Assembly: GCA_963744145.1 (NCBI GenBank)
Contig: CAVUSO010000001.1
Span: forward strand, 3,680,001 to 3,744,000
Source: an uncultured cyanobacterium
Lineage (GTDB): Bacteria; Cyanobacteriota; Cyanobacteriia; Cyanobacteriales; CAWUOF01
Reading direction: 5' to 3'
Length of the DNA stretch: 64,000 nucleotides
Made by a program: the position numbers and the translations under genes. Below are positions 21,375-32,099 of this stretch, in pieces; position 1 is the first letter of the stretch, and each line of letters opens with the position of its first letter. The notes under the pieces were generated by a model. It saw only the letters and a list, made by a program, of their open reading frames with translations. It was not told the origin of the DNA and made no database searches.

Positions 21375-22070
21375 ATGAAAAGGAAAATATCTATTATTTT
21401 ACTCTTACAGATATTGATAATTCCCAATTTTGTACCTGTAGCATTTGCAAACGACAGTATTTCAAATACTAGCCCAAAACAACTTAATAATGATCCTAAT
21501 GATACTACAAATCCTACAACCTCTCAGCCGGATCATGATAGTAAGGATAGTCCCAGAGGAGCTTGTAGTAAAGAGGAAAAAGAAATTATTCCTTTAGTTC
21601 CAAAAGCAAAGGTTGTATATACTATTTTGGGAAATCCAAAGGTTTTCTTTTATGTTCCTGAAGGAATGAGTAAAAATATTAAGTTTTCTCTATCAAACGA
21701 GGATGAAGGAGTGGTTTATCAAACTACTTTTGATACTCCTAATCAAGCGGGAATAATTAGTGTTGAGCTTGCGAGTGTTCCGGAGAAAAATTTGCAAATT
21801 GGAAAACAGTATAAATGGGTGTTTCAAATAGTTTGTAATGAAAATGACCCTAGTGGAAATCCATTTATAGAAGGAGTGATTGAAAGAAAAGAAATTTCCC
21901 AGGATCTAAGTAAAAATCAGCTCTGGTACGATGCTTTATTAGAAACTGCTCGTCTACATCGTTCTGCTTCTAATGATCCTAAAGTTACTCAAGATTGGGA
22001 GGTTTTGTTGGATTCACTAGGATTTAAGGCGATCGCTAAAGAGCCTTTTGTAGAGGTGTTAAAAAAATAA
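21375..22070 (+). CDS. DUF928-domain exported protein
   Basis: Signal peptide; RGAC, P.VFFYVP, GIIS, Y.W, WYDAL motifs. Confidence 0.8.
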   Translation: MKRKISIILLLQILIIPNFVPVAFANDSISNTSPKQLNNDPNDTTNPTTSQPDHDSKDSPRGACSKEEKEIIPLVPKAKVVYTILGNPKVFFYVPEGMSKNIKFSLSNEDEGVVYQTTFDTPNQAGIISVELASVPEKNLQIGKQYKWVFQIVCNENDPSGNPFIEGVIERKEISQDLSKNQLWYDALLETARLHRSASNDPKVTQDWEVLLDSLGFKAIAKEPFVEVLKK

Positions 22071-22091
22071 ATTTTATTTCGGAATAGAGTT

Positions 22092-25000
22092 ATGATTACT
22101 AAGATAATTAAAAAATTTAGGGTAAGATTTTATAGGGCAAATTTAATTTTTTCCTTTTGGTTATGGGTTTATATCGGGATAAGTTTATTATTGGTTGATA
22201 GACCTATTATAAAAGTGGCGATCGCACAGGAACCAGAAAAAGTAATTGCGGATCGTTTATACAAGGAAGCAGAAGAAACCTATAAAAAACAAACTAGAGA
22301 ATCCCAAAAAGAAGCTCTGGAAAAGTTTAATGAAGCCAAAGAAATTTATCATCGGTTGGGTGAGGGTAAAAGTGAAGCTACTATTACTAAAAATATTGGT
22401 AATATTTATTCATATTTAGGGGAAAAACAAAAGGCTTTAGATTATTATAATTTATCTTTAAGTCTGGCTCGTAGGATAGGGGATAAATCTCTTGAATCGA
22501 TTAATCTTAATAATATTGGTTTGGTTTATAAGTATTGGGGAGAAAGACAGAAGGGACTAGAATATTTTCATCAGTCTTTGGTAATTAATCAAGCTATTGC
22601 CGATCGCCTTGGTGAAGCGATCAGTTTTAATAATATTGGGTTGATTTATTCCGCTTTAGGAGAAAAGAAAAAAGCCCTGGAATACTATAATCTATCTTTG
22701 CCCCTCTATCGGACTGTGGGCGATCGCGAGGGTGAGTCTAATTTGTTTAGTGACATTGGGACGGTTTATGCGGATTTGGGAGAGCAACAGAAAGCTTTAG
22801 ATTATTATCATCAGTCTTTGTTTTTGAAACAGACCATTCACGATTTTAGGGGTGAAGCTAATACTCTCAATAATATTGCTAATACTTACTATTCTTTAGG
22901 TAATCAAAAAAAGGCTTTAGATTATTATCAGCGGTCTTTAACTCTCAAACGTACCGTTGGCGATCTCCCCGGTCAAACTACTACTTTGAATGGTATTGGG
23001 TTAGTTTATTTAGATTTGGGAGAACAAGAAAAAGCTTTAGATTACTTTCACCAATCTTTAGACATTTCTGTGCAAATAGGCGATCGCCCTAGACAATCTT
23101 CTGCTCTGATTAGTATTGGTAGTGTCTATAGTAATTTGGGGGAAAGTCAAAAAGCTTTGGAATATTATAATCAAGCTTTACCGATTAAACGTGCTGTTAG
23201 CGATCGCTCAGGTGAAGCTAATACTTTGATTGGGATTGGTAATGTTTATAAAGATTTAGGTAAGAATCAGGAAGCGTTATTATATTATAATCAGGCTTTA
23301 GTTCTTAAACAAGCTGTTAGCGATCCTAATGGTGAAGCTAATACTCTGATTGGAATTGGTAACGTTTATAATAAATTAGGAGAACAGAAAACTGCTTTAG
23401 CGTATTATAATCGGGCTTTACCTCTGAAACGAATTGTATCCGATCCGCAAGGTGAGGCTAAAATTCTGAATAATCTGGGATTTGTCTATGCGGATTTAGG
23501 AGAAATACAGAAAGCTTTAAATTATTACAATCAGTCCCTAGTTATTGCCCGTGCTGGAGGAGATTATTTTGATGAAGCTAATACTCTTTTAAATTTGTCT
23601 ATTTTAAAGGAAAAGGAAGGGAATCTTCAAGAAAGTTTATCTGATATTGAAAGTGCTTTAAAAATTATTGAGAATCTTCGCACTAAAATTATTAGTCAAG
23701 ACCTCCGGATTTCTTATTTTGCTACAGTGCAAGACTATTATAAATTTTATATTAATTTATTGATGAAGTTACATAAACAAAAACCAAATCAGGGTTTTAA
23801 TATTAAAGCTTTGGAAGTTAGCGATCGCTCTCGTGCCCGATCTTTAATTGAATTACTAGCAGAATCTAAGGCTAAGATCCATACAGGAATAGATCCGAAA
23901 TTATTAGAGGAAGAACAAAATATTCAAGCTCAGATAGATAACTTTGAGAAAAATAGTCAAGAAATTCTAATTAATCATCATACTCCTGAAAAAGAAGCAG
24001 AATTAAAACAACAAGAAATAAATCTTATTCAGGAATATAATAGGATTCGTAATAAGATTCGGATCACTAGTCCTCGTTATGCTGATTTAAAATATCATCA
24101 ACCGCTGATGTTATCAGAAATTCAACAATATTTGGATGATCAGACAATTTCATTGCAATATTCTTTAGATACAGAGGTTAGTTATCTTTGGTTAGTGACT
24201 AAAACAGAAGTTAATAGTTATGAGTTACCGAAACAAAAAGATATAGAAAAATTGGCTGAAAATTTTAGAAATGTATTAACTATAGCTAGTCAAAGAGATT
24301 TATTAAAATTGGTGATGAATAATAGTAATGCTCTCAGTAATGTAATTCTTAAACCAGTTGCAGAAAAATTAGGTAAAAAGCGTTTATTAATTGTTCCAGA
24401 TGGAGCATTGCAATATATTCCTTTTAGTGCTTTAACTGTACCAGGAAAACCTTTTCTTCCTTTGATAGCTGAACATGAAATAATTATGTCCCCATCCGTA
24501 TCTACTATAGGGATGATTAGGAAGTATAGCAATAAAAGTATTGCTACTCAGCAGTTAGCTATTTTTGCTGATCCGGTTTTTAGTGTTGATGATGAGCGTT
24601 TTGGGAAAGCTATAGTTAGTAAAAATTATGATTCTCGCGATCGCAGTCTGTCAAGGGAAACAAAAGGATTAGAAATAGCATCATTATTATTAGGAATTAA
24701 ATGGGGGAGATTACCTTTTACTAGAAAAGAAGCGAATGGGATAATAACTTTAACTTCTAGAGAGCAGAGTCAAGAGTATTTAGATTTTGATGTTAATCGT
24801 GATGCAGTAAATAATCCTAATTTGAATCAATACCAAATTATTCACTTTGCCACTCATGGATTTATTGATACAGAACATCCTGAGTTATCAGCAATTATTT
24901 TATCTTTAGTGGATCAAAAAAAGAATTATCAAAATGGTTATTTAAGATTAAATGATATATTTAACTTAAATTTGAATGCCAAATTAATAGTTTTAAGTGC

Positions 25001-25280
25001 TTGCGAAACGGGATTAGGAAAGGAGATTAAGGGGGAAGGGATAGTGGGATTAACAAGGGGTTTTATCTATGCTGGTGCTCAACAAGTATTAGTATCTTTA
25101 TGGAGTATAAATGACAAATCAACTGCGGAATTCATGGTAAACTTTTACAGGAAAATACTGAAAGATAAGTTAACTGTATCCGCAGCATTAAGGGCAGCCC
25201 AATTAGAGATGTGGCAAGAGGGCAAATGGAAATCACCCTACTACTGGGCTACTTTTACGATACAAGGTGACTGGAATTAA
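22092..25280 (+). CDS. TPR-CHAT protease, divergent paralog; 10 TPR units + capping unit
   Basis: HFATHG / LSACETG; hydrophobic N-terminal segment. Confidence 0.92.
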   Translation: MITKIIKKFRVRFYRANLIFSFWLWVYIGISLLLVDRPIIKVAIAQEPEKVIADRLYKEAEETYKKQTRESQKEALEKFNEAKEIYHRLGEGKSEATITKNIGNIYSYLGEKQKALDYYNLSLSLARRIGDKSLESINLNNIGLVYKYWGERQKGLEYFHQSLVINQAIADRLGEAISFNNIGLIYSALGEKKKALEYYNLSLPLYRTVGDREGESNLFSDIGTVYADLGEQQKALDYYHQSLFLKQTIHDFRGEANTLNNIANTYYSLGNQKKALDYYQRSLTLKRTVGDLPGQTTTLNGIGLVYLDLGEQEKALDYFHQSLDISVQIGDRPRQSSALISIGSVYSNLGESQKALEYYNQALPIKRAVSDRSGEANTLIGIGNVYKDLGKNQEALLYYNQALVLKQAVSDPNGEANTLIGIGNVYNKLGEQKTALAYYNRALPLKRIVSDPQGEAKILNNLGFVYADLGEIQKALNYYNQSLVIARAGGDYFDEANTLLNLSILKEKEGNLQESLSDIESALKIIENLRTKIISQDLRISYFATVQDYYKFYINLLMKLHKQKPNQGFNIKALEVSDRSRARSLIELLAESKAKIHTGIDPKLLEEEQNIQAQIDNFEKNSQEILINHHTPEKEAELKQQEINLIQEYNRIRNKIRITSPRYADLKYHQPLMLSEIQQYLDDQTISLQYSLDTEVSYLWLVTKTEVNSYELPKQKDIEKLAENFRNVLTIASQRDLLKLVMNNSNALSNVILKPVAEKLGKKRLLIVPDGALQYIPFSALTVPGKPFLPLIAEHEIIMSPSVSTIGMIRKYSNKSIATQQLAIFADPVFSVDDERFGKAIVSKNYDSRDRSLSRETKGLEIASLLLGIKWGRLPFTRKEANGIITLTSREQSQEYLDFDVNRDAVNNPNLNQYQIIHFATHGFIDTEHPELSAIILSLVDQKKNYQNGYLRLNDIFNLNLNAKLIVLSACETGLGKEIKGEGIVGLTRGFIYAGAQQVLVSLWSINDKSTAEFMVNFYRKILKDKLTVSAALRAAQLEMWQEGKWKSPYYWATFTIQGDWN

Positions 25281-25340
25281 TCACTAAATGCTAGGTGTGC
25301 TAAAGATACAGAGGTAGAAGTAGCTGCTGAGTTAGTTGAG

Positions 25341-25602
25341 TTACAGAGGAATGTTGAACTGTTGCTGTAGTGCGGTCATGGCTTGATCTGCTGGAATACC
25401 TTCACCTCGATCAAAGCTTTCTAGTCCTTTGCGGATACCGATGATGGCTTCGAGGTAGTCGATTCGTTCTAGCAGTTGTTCGTAGGTATTGAGTTGGTGG
25501 TAGGGAGACGATTTGAGCGATCGCACCAAGCTAAGAAGATCGGACGAGCTGTTCGTCAGGGGTGCTATCGATTTCTTGGATCAGGAGTTCTTTGATGGTC
25601 AT
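25341..25602 (-). pseudogene. Frameshifted copy of the 4305 antitoxin
   Basis: Extra G at ~25543 versus 4512; 3' end clipped. Confidence 0.7.
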
Positions 25603-25801
25603 CGCGGCATCTGGGGGAGGATTGATACTTTGATTATAACGAGTGTCATCGCCTTTTATTTTGTAGCAGGGTTCTTAATTTCTGGGGAATCGCTCTTTCA
25701 TTTTAGGCGATCGCTGCTCAGAAACAAGAAACAGCGATCGCTCATCGTACTGCTTGGTATTGGTCTGGGGTTGCGATTACCCTTTATGGTTAGTGGTGCG
25801 A

Positions 25802-25996
25802 TTAACGATGATCTTGTCCGATTTGCTCCAACGATTTGTTAGACCTCCGCTTGATTGGCAGTGTCACAACATTTTGCTGATGAGCATTCTGCTTATTTCG
25901 CAAATCGTTAAATATTGCATCCATGTCGTAGTCAAAGGATCTGGCATATTCTTCTCTGTATTTGTGAATTTCTTCGATAACTTTGTCTTTCGACAT
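25802..25996 (-). CDS. Small antitoxin-like protein (copy of 4771)
   Basis: Near-identical translation; PIN remnant upstream at 26015-26108. Confidence 0.65.
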   Translation of the reverse strand: MSKDKVIEEIHKYREEYARSFDYDMDAIFNDLRNKQNAHQQNVVTLPIKRRSNKSLEQIGQDHR

Positions 25997-26107
25997 GGCC
26001 GATTCTCCTGTAAATTAATATCCGAGCAACTGATATGGTGTACAGATAACTGGTAACTCGTAACCTAAGCTAGCACTAATTTGTGATAGCTTTTTCTGAA
26101 TTTGGGC

Positions 26108-26262
26108 ATAGGGTTCAGTTAATTGTAGGGGTGTTCGCGTAGCGTGCCGTAGGCATAGTATTCGGGCGACAATTGAGCGATCGAACCAATAATATTATAT
26201 CCGAATGCTTCACCCTTCTTCTAAAGCCGAGATATCCAAAAATATTCTTAACTGAACCCTAT
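26108..26262. mobile_element. MITE-like element (copy of 5077) carrying a ~22-bp nested insertion
   Basis: Perfect 15-bp TIR ATAGGGTTCAGTTAA/TTAACTGAACCCTAT. Confidence 0.7.
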
Positions 26263-26505
26263 TGAACTATAAATAGGCGATCGCGGAGCTGATAATTGGT
26301 GGTACGATCGCTTTTGCTCAAAGTTGTGCTAAATCTTAATGAATTTTGGGTTGAGGGAGTAAATCTAAACGATCTGAGAATGGCGAGTGATCGCTGATGA
26401 TTGGTGACGTGATCGCTTTTAGTCAAAGTTGTGCTAAATATCAATGAATGTTGGGTTGAGAGAGTAAGCCACCAGCATCTTAACCATGTGCCAAGTTTCT
26501 TCTAC

Positions 26506-27633
26506 TTACATAATTGCTAGAACAAATTCACCCTCGTTGACAGACTGGTTAATCGAAACATGAAAAACCAATCCGGACCTGTCAGAATAAACATCTTTAA
26601 CATTAGGAAATTCTTTTAATTTATCAAAACTCAAAACCTGGTAGAGAAGATCCCCCTGCTGAACCGAAGTACCAAGTCCTACTCTAGATTGAACCATACC
26701 ACCTACAGGTGACCAGTATTTTTTGACTTGGCTTAAGGGTCTGAAACTCATGTTGAGTTCCATGAATTTTTCTGGGGGCAGACTTTCTATATTGATAATA
26801 CCTTTTTGAACCAAGTAGTTCTTAACTCCACAAACTCCCTTAGAAACTGAATTTGGATTCATTGCCATTCCAGTACCTAGTTCTAGCGTGTATGCCTCTA
26901 CATCAAATTTGATTTGTTTCCCTAATTTAGATAGGGTATTCTCTAGTGCTAGCCAAGGCTTCATAAACGCTTCGTCAAAAGCATCCCCATCATAATCATC
27001 AAACATAATCCCATGTTCGAGCAAGAATAACTTTGCACTTTCTTCGCGATCGCGGAAGTAATACAAATATTCCAACCCATAATTAGTATTACTGTGCAAA
27101 TCAATCAAGTAGTCAGCGTCTAAACAGAGAGATTGCACCTTGTATCGATATTTATCGGTTAGTTGTACGCTACTAGGGGCATCAATTTTGGCTTGAATTT
27201 GCTCAAAGCTAGTTTTAATTTTCTGTTTATAGTTCTGCTTAATGATATCTGGCTCAACATTAATTTGAGACTGAGCAAATTCTTCTAAATCCTGACAAAC
27301 TTTTTCATAGTCCCAGTAGATTCGATTCCAATCCTTGCCATCATAGGTATTGAATCGTCCTGTTGCAAACTGATGGGAACGCTGGTTTGTCGCTAATGGA
27401 TTACAAACTGGAACCAGCCAAATTTCTCCCGTTAAGACTTCTGGTTCAAGAGTCATCAAAAACTCAATTAATTGATGAATTACAGCATTACCTACAATTT
27501 CATTGCCATGTAAGTTAGCTTGGAGGTAAGCTTTCTTACCCGGTTTAGCACCAAAGAACTTATAGACTTTGATCGATAGATAATCGCCGGAGGCAAGTTG
27601 TAGGAGGGTAATAGTTTCAATGGTTGGAATCAT
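26506..27633 (-). CDS. Succinylglutamate desuccinylase/aspartoacylase (M14 AstE/AspA-like) protein
   Basis: HGNE, NR, DLHS, TLELG zinc/catalytic motifs. Confidence 0.85.
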   Translation of the reverse strand: MIPTIETITLLQLASGDYLSIKVYKFFGAKPGKKAYLQANLHGNEIVGNAVIHQLIEFLMTLEPEVLTGEIWLVPVCNPLATNQRSHQFATGRFNTYDGKDWNRIYWDYEKVCQDLEEFAQSQINVEPDIIKQNYKQKIKTSFEQIQAKIDAPSSVQLTDKYRYKVQSLCLDADYLIDLHSNTNYGLEYLYYFRDREESAKLFLLEHGIMFDDYDGDAFDEAFMKPWLALENTLSKLGKQIKFDVEAYTLELGTGMAMNPNSVSKGVCGVKNYLVQKGIINIESLPPEKFMELNMSFRPLSQVKKYWSPVGGMVQSRVGLGTSVQQGDLLYQVLSFDKLKEFPNVKDVYSDRSGLVFHVSINQSVNEGEFVLAIM

Positions 27634-27696
27634 GTCAATTTTAGTTGGGTTGGGTATGAAATTTAGGTTAGCTCAGAGCGTAATTTACTGAACAAG

Positions 27697-28479
27697 TTAA
27701 CGTTTTTGCTTTGCAATTACTTGAGAGCTAAAACGTATCCACTTTCGACAATGAGGACGAAAATTATAGAACACATCATTTTGTCCAATTGATTTCCATA
27801 GGTTATCCGGAAAGAGGATATTTAGATTGCTTATCCATCGATCTTTGTCTGGTGTATAAATTTCATTAAAGTCCATTGGACTCGCAAAAATTAGATAACC
27901 ATTAGGAGATAGTAAGTCATATAAAGTCTCAATGAGTGTTTTAGGACTCGGATGACGATCTGCAACATTAAGACACGTAATCAAATCAAAATAGTTCGCA
28001 GGTCGCGGAACGCTTTCTGCAAATGCCTCATATATGTAAAGTTCTTTTAATTTAATAGGATTAGGGCGACTTAAAGCTTTTCCATAAGAAGGCTTTTCAC
28101 AGTTAGTAACAATAGGAAAATAGCCTAGTTCTTCTGAGTCAATTAGCAATTTTTTAGCCCACTTACAAAACTTTGAAGATGGTTCCACTAAAACCAACTC
28201 AGTTAAACTAGGGAATAAATTGTATATTTCATATACAGTACGCCCAGTTGAGCCACCAACATCGAGATATTTTGACGGAACATAACTCTTTGGCAACCAT
28301 TCTTGTGCTAGTTCACCAATCTGTCGATAGAAATTTGGATAAATACGATCAGTTTTAGGATTAAGTAGTTTTTCATGGGAATCAGGTAGCACAGTACCCA
28401 ACAAGAAGTCTGACCACTCTACTTCGAGATATGTAGCTAGTTGCCATTCTGTGGTGTAGTCTTTTTTATTGTCTGTCAT
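27697..28479 (-). CDS. Class I SAM methyltransferase resembling the OvoA C-terminal / METTL9-type histidine N-methyltransferase domain
   Basis: YLDVGGSTGR; FDLITCLNVADRHPSP..L..NGYLIFASP. Confidence 0.7.
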   Translation of the reverse strand: MTDNKKDYTTEWQLATYLEVEWSDFLLGTVLPDSHEKLLNPKTDRIYPNFYRQIGELAQEWLPKSYVPSKYLDVGGSTGRTVYEIYNLFPSLTELVLVEPSSKFCKWAKKLLIDSEELGYFPIVTNCEKPSYGKALSRPNPIKLKELYIYEAFAESVPRPANYFDLITCLNVADRHPSPKTLIETLYDLLSPNGYLIFASPMDFNEIYTPDKDRWISNLNILFPDNLWKSIGQNDVFYNFRPHCRKWIRFSSQVIAKQKR

Positions 28480-28842
28480 TGCGATAATTTATCCTTATTT
28501 ATAATTCTGAACATGAAAATTCGCCGATCTTTTTTGACGCTGCCATCCTGACGCATATGAGAGACATTTACAGCTTTACCTTCCACGACATGAAATCCAA
28601 GATTCTGGTAAAGTGATTGTGCTACAAGGTTCTCCTCTTTTGTATTCAAAAGTATATTTATAGCAGCAGAGCCTAAAGTATCTAGGCAAGTTTTGACTAG
28701 GTGCTTTGCTAAACCCGTTGTCACTGAAGTATTCTTGATATGGAGGCTCAGAAAATACACTTTGGTAGAGTTGTATTAATCCACATTTAAATGCTTTTGG
28801 CAACTCTTCTGATTTAGTTAATCGAATTACTGTATAGTTCAT
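28476..28842 (-). pseudogene. GNAT acetyltransferase, internally deleted/frameshifted
   Basis: LYQSVFSEPPYQEYFS in one frame, then GLAKHLV..N..AQSLYQNLGF in another; core motif A missing. Confidence 0.7.
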
Positions 28843-28898
28843 GTTCAATCCTATAGCGAGCTATATGGTTATTTTTCAGAGCGTTCTTTATTTGGAGC

Positions 28899-30914
28899 CT
28901 AATAAAGAGATTGTGAGCCAGATGGATTATCAATCAAGTTCCAAGGTTTCAAGTATCGGGTAAAAAACTGAACTGACTCCTTCCAATATTGTAACTCTGC
29001 TGGTTTACTGAAAGAATGACCCTCTTCGGGAATGATTTTGAGAGTAACTGATTTTCTCCAAGTATGAGAACTGAAAATCTTCTCTAACTCGTAAGCTTGA
29101 TCAATAGGAGTATCAACATCATTTTCCCCCTGAAATAGAAGCACGGGAGTTCTTACTATTTCTGGACTAAATTTATGGATAGGCGATCGCTCCTTTGCTC
29201 TTTCTACAAGTTCATTTACATAGCCACCCACTAAACGATGGTCATAATAACGAACTTCGGTTTGAGTCTGCTGAATCTCCCAGTCACTTATGAACCCTGA
29301 TCCACACGCACAGACAAAAGGATGTTGTGGTGCGGTAATTGTTTGCAGGACAAGATATCCACCCCAGCTATACCCCCAAACACCTAACAGAGAAGCGTTT
29401 ACATGAGGATGATTCGCAAATATGTCAGCAGTCCGAAGAACATCATCACGATCAGCGATTCCTAAATTTTCTGCTAGTCCTGCTGACATATGAACAACAC
29501 CTTGACCATTGCTTCCTCGATAATTTACGGAGGCAACAGCAAATCCCTGTTTTACTAGAAGCTCTATCGAAATGAAATTAGAGTAACGACTTAAGTTGGT
29601 TATTGGTCCACCTTTAATCCAAACAATCCCAGGAAACCCTCCTATAGGTGGTTCAGTATCGGGCAGATAAATTTGCACGTAAGGATGTTGCCCGTCTTTA
29701 GTTGAGAACTCTGTCAACTCTAGTTGTACTTTCCCTCGACGGTGACTACAAACAGCTACCTCAGTTCTGCTTTGTTGAGTACCTACTTTCAAAAGAATAG
29801 GAGGCTGAAAAGCTTTTTGCTCATAAAAGTAAATTTCAGATCCGATTCTAGCAGCAATAGTTTCTACAGCATTCTGTGCTTCTGTGATTGCCTTCTTGTT
29901 TCCAGTGCGATCACAAAGCCAAATTGTCTCTCTTCCCAAACCCACTTCACTTGTAGTCAATAACCACCCATCAGGTTGTACCAGTAATTGACCATCATCG
30001 AAATTTCCCGAACAAATTGTTTGAGTAGAACTATATACAAGCTGTCCAACTTTTAGTGCAAAACGATGCCATTTAGCAAAACCAGTGTTGTTACAACGGA
30101 CTAATAATGGCAAATCACTATCATGTTTGTCCCAAGTAACACAGATACCTGCATAAATACCATCAGGATCTAAAGGAGTGTTACTAGGTGAGTTAATGTA
30201 AAGTGGCGCTTCATTTATTATGTAAACTTCTGAGTATTGCCCCCAATTAATGCCAACGGCAACAGTTTCTGCTGATATATCAAGGGCAGTAAAACTTTGA
30301 ACTCGCCCATTTTTAACTCTACATCTTGTTTTAATGGTGCTTTTATCAATTGATACTTGTAAGAGAACTGAGTAACGTATCGGTTCAGCTAGGCAATCAT
30401 TCATTTTCGAGGTATCTTTATAAATGCTACGAAAAATTAATGATTTCCCATCATCAGTAAATAATAAATCGGGGGTATTTCGGTTAAGGTGAGTCTGTGT
30501 AAACTGATTGAAGCTACCTGTAGCAAAGTTGATTGATCCTTGAAATATCTGATCAAGCGAACCATCCATGTAATCAACTATCCAAAGTCCTGATTCAGCG
30601 TCTTGCGAACTATTGACGGCAAAAGCAATATATTGCCCGTCTGGTGACCAGATAGGCGCACTCAACTGATAGCTAGAACCTGAGTATCCAAAAAAATTCC
30701 CTGGAAGAATTGTTTCTGGTAAGCCGTCTGAGAAATTCAGCTTGTAAAGGTTTGTTACATCTCCAACTCGATGACAGGCTATCCAAACATTTTGTTGAGG
30801 AGAGAATGTGAAACCATACCATTCTTCTTCTACTAAGAGTGTGCTAAAAGAAAAGTAGTTAGGAAAAGCACTATTGTAGTTTTGATTAATTGAGTTTTTG
30901 TCTCTTAAGTTCAT
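28899..30914 (-). CDS. S9 prolyl-oligopeptidase/acylaminoacyl peptidase family protein
   Basis: GGP, NYRGS, GYSWGG (Ser), QGEND (Asp), EGHSF (His); N-terminal propeller-like region. Confidence 0.85.
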   Translation of the reverse strand: MNLRDKNSINQNYNSAFPNYFSFSTLLVEEEWYGFTFSPQQNVWIACHRVGDVTNLYKLNFSDGLPETILPGNFFGYSGSSYQLSAPIWSPDGQYIAFAVNSSQDAESGLWIVDYMDGSLDQIFQGSINFATGSFNQFTQTHLNRNTPDLLFTDDGKSLIFRSIYKDTSKMNDCLAEPIRYSVLLQVSIDKSTIKTRCRVKNGRVQSFTALDISAETVAVGINWGQYSEVYIINEAPLYINSPSNTPLDPDGIYAGICVTWDKHDSDLPLLVRCNNTGFAKWHRFALKVGQLVYSSTQTICSGNFDDGQLLVQPDGWLLTTSEVGLGRETIWLCDRTGNKKAITEAQNAVETIAARIGSEIYFYEQKAFQPPILLKVGTQQSRTEVAVCSHRRGKVQLELTEFSTKDGQHPYVQIYLPDTEPPIGGFPGIVWIKGGPITNLSRYSNFISIELLVKQGFAVASVNYRGSNGQGVVHMSAGLAENLGIADRDDVLRTADIFANHPHVNASLLGVWGYSWGGYLVLQTITAPQHPFVCACGSGFISDWEIQQTQTEVRYYDHRLVGGYVNELVERAKERSPIHKFSPEIVRTPVLLFQGENDVDTPIDQAYELEKIFSSHTWRKSVTLKIIPEEGHSFSKPAELQYWKESVQFFTRYLKPWNLIDNPSGSQSLY

Positions 30915-31020
30915 AGCAGTTGTCTAAGAGCAAGATATAGGATTGCGTTGAGCTAAAACAATAACAAAATCTCCTTCGGTTCGTTTAAAGTACACCGTGA
31001 ACGCTTACGTTTTCATTAGC

Positions 31021-31983
31021 TTAAACTACCGCTAAATAACAAATACTGAAATAATTATTATTATCACTCCAAGCTTTTGCTAGCTTAAATCCGCACTCTT
31101 CAGACAAATTTCTTATTTCCTCCATATTAAACTTGTAAGAATTTTCTGTATGAATACTTTCACCCTCTATAAATTTGAATTTTTGACCTGCTACAGTAAC
31201 AATCTGATCTTTTAAACTCACTAAGTGCATCTCAATTCTGCTCTCTTTCAAGTTAAAAAAAGCATAGTGATTAAAACTATTTAGGTTAAAATCCGCTTCT
31301 AATTCTCTGTTCATCCGACCCAGCAGGTTCAAGTTAAATGCGGCAGTAACACCTTTAGCATCATTATACGCAGCATGAAGAATTTGAGGATCTTTCTTCA
31401 TATCAACTCCAATAAACATTCCTCCACCTAAGCCCACAATATTTGCTGATTGTTTCAAAAGCTTTACTGCTTCAATGTATTCTAAATTAGCTATTGTAGT
31501 GCCTGGAAAAAAAATAACTCTTTTCTTAACTGTTTTCTGATCGTATTCAGGTAAGACAAGTTGAGCCGTATAATCAGCACAAACCGCTATAACATCTAGC
31601 TCTGGATAGGTTTCTGCAATTCTATTAGAAGCAGTAATCATATGCTGTTTTGAAATATCAATTGGCATATATGTTAAAGGCTTTTTTATTTTATCCAGAA
31701 AAATACAGATTTTTTGACTGCTGCCACTACCATACTCTATCAGTAAACAAGATTCTCCTATTAAATCTGCGATTTCTAAACAATGATTCCTCAACAGCTC
31801 GGATTCAATTCTAGTAGGGTAATATTCCTCTACTTCACATATCTGATCAAAAATCTTAGACCCATTATCATCATAGAAAAATTTTGGAGGAATTTTTTTC
31901 TGCTTCATACTCAGTCCTGTTAAAACTTCTTCATGGAAGTTGCTAACATTGGGATTCAGGTCATAAAATTTTAAATTTTGCAT
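31021..31983 (-). CDS. egtD: L-histidine Nalpha-methyltransferase (EgtD/EasF family); ORF could extend to 32052
   Basis: KKIPPKFFYD..GS..F, EYYPTR.E, EYGSGSS, AYND..GVTAAFNLN, RIEMHL, IHTENSYKF. Confidence 0.88.
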   Translation of the reverse strand: MQNLKFYDLNPNVSNFHEEVLTGLSMKQKKIPPKFFYDDNGSKIFDQICEVEEYYPTRIESELLRNHCLEIADLIGESCLLIEYGSGSSQKICIFLDKIKKPLTYMPIDISKQHMITASNRIAETYPELDVIAVCADYTAQLVLPEYDQKTVKKRVIFFPGTTIANLEYIEAVKLLKQSANIVGLGGGMFIGVDMKKDPQILHAAYNDAKGVTAAFNLNLLGRMNRELEADFNLNSFNHYAFFNLKESRIEMHLVSLKDQIVTVAGQKFKFIEGESIHTENSYKFNMEEIRNLSEECGFKLAKAWSDNNNYFSICYLAVV

Positions 31984-32099
31984 ACGGTTTGCCTCCAATT
32001 GGTTCAAATAGAGAATAGAGATTGGTAAACATTTATCTACACCCAAATTCATAAAATGAACAGGGTAAGTCTTTGTGCATATATGCTACTAACAATGTC

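Noticed and set aside
26259..26444. 61-aa ORF with internal repeat
   Set aside because: Antisense translation of two tandem copies of the intergenic spacer repeat
31021..32052. Ordinary ergothioneine operon
   Set aside because: No egtB or egtC adjacent; neighbours are unrelated to the known pathway
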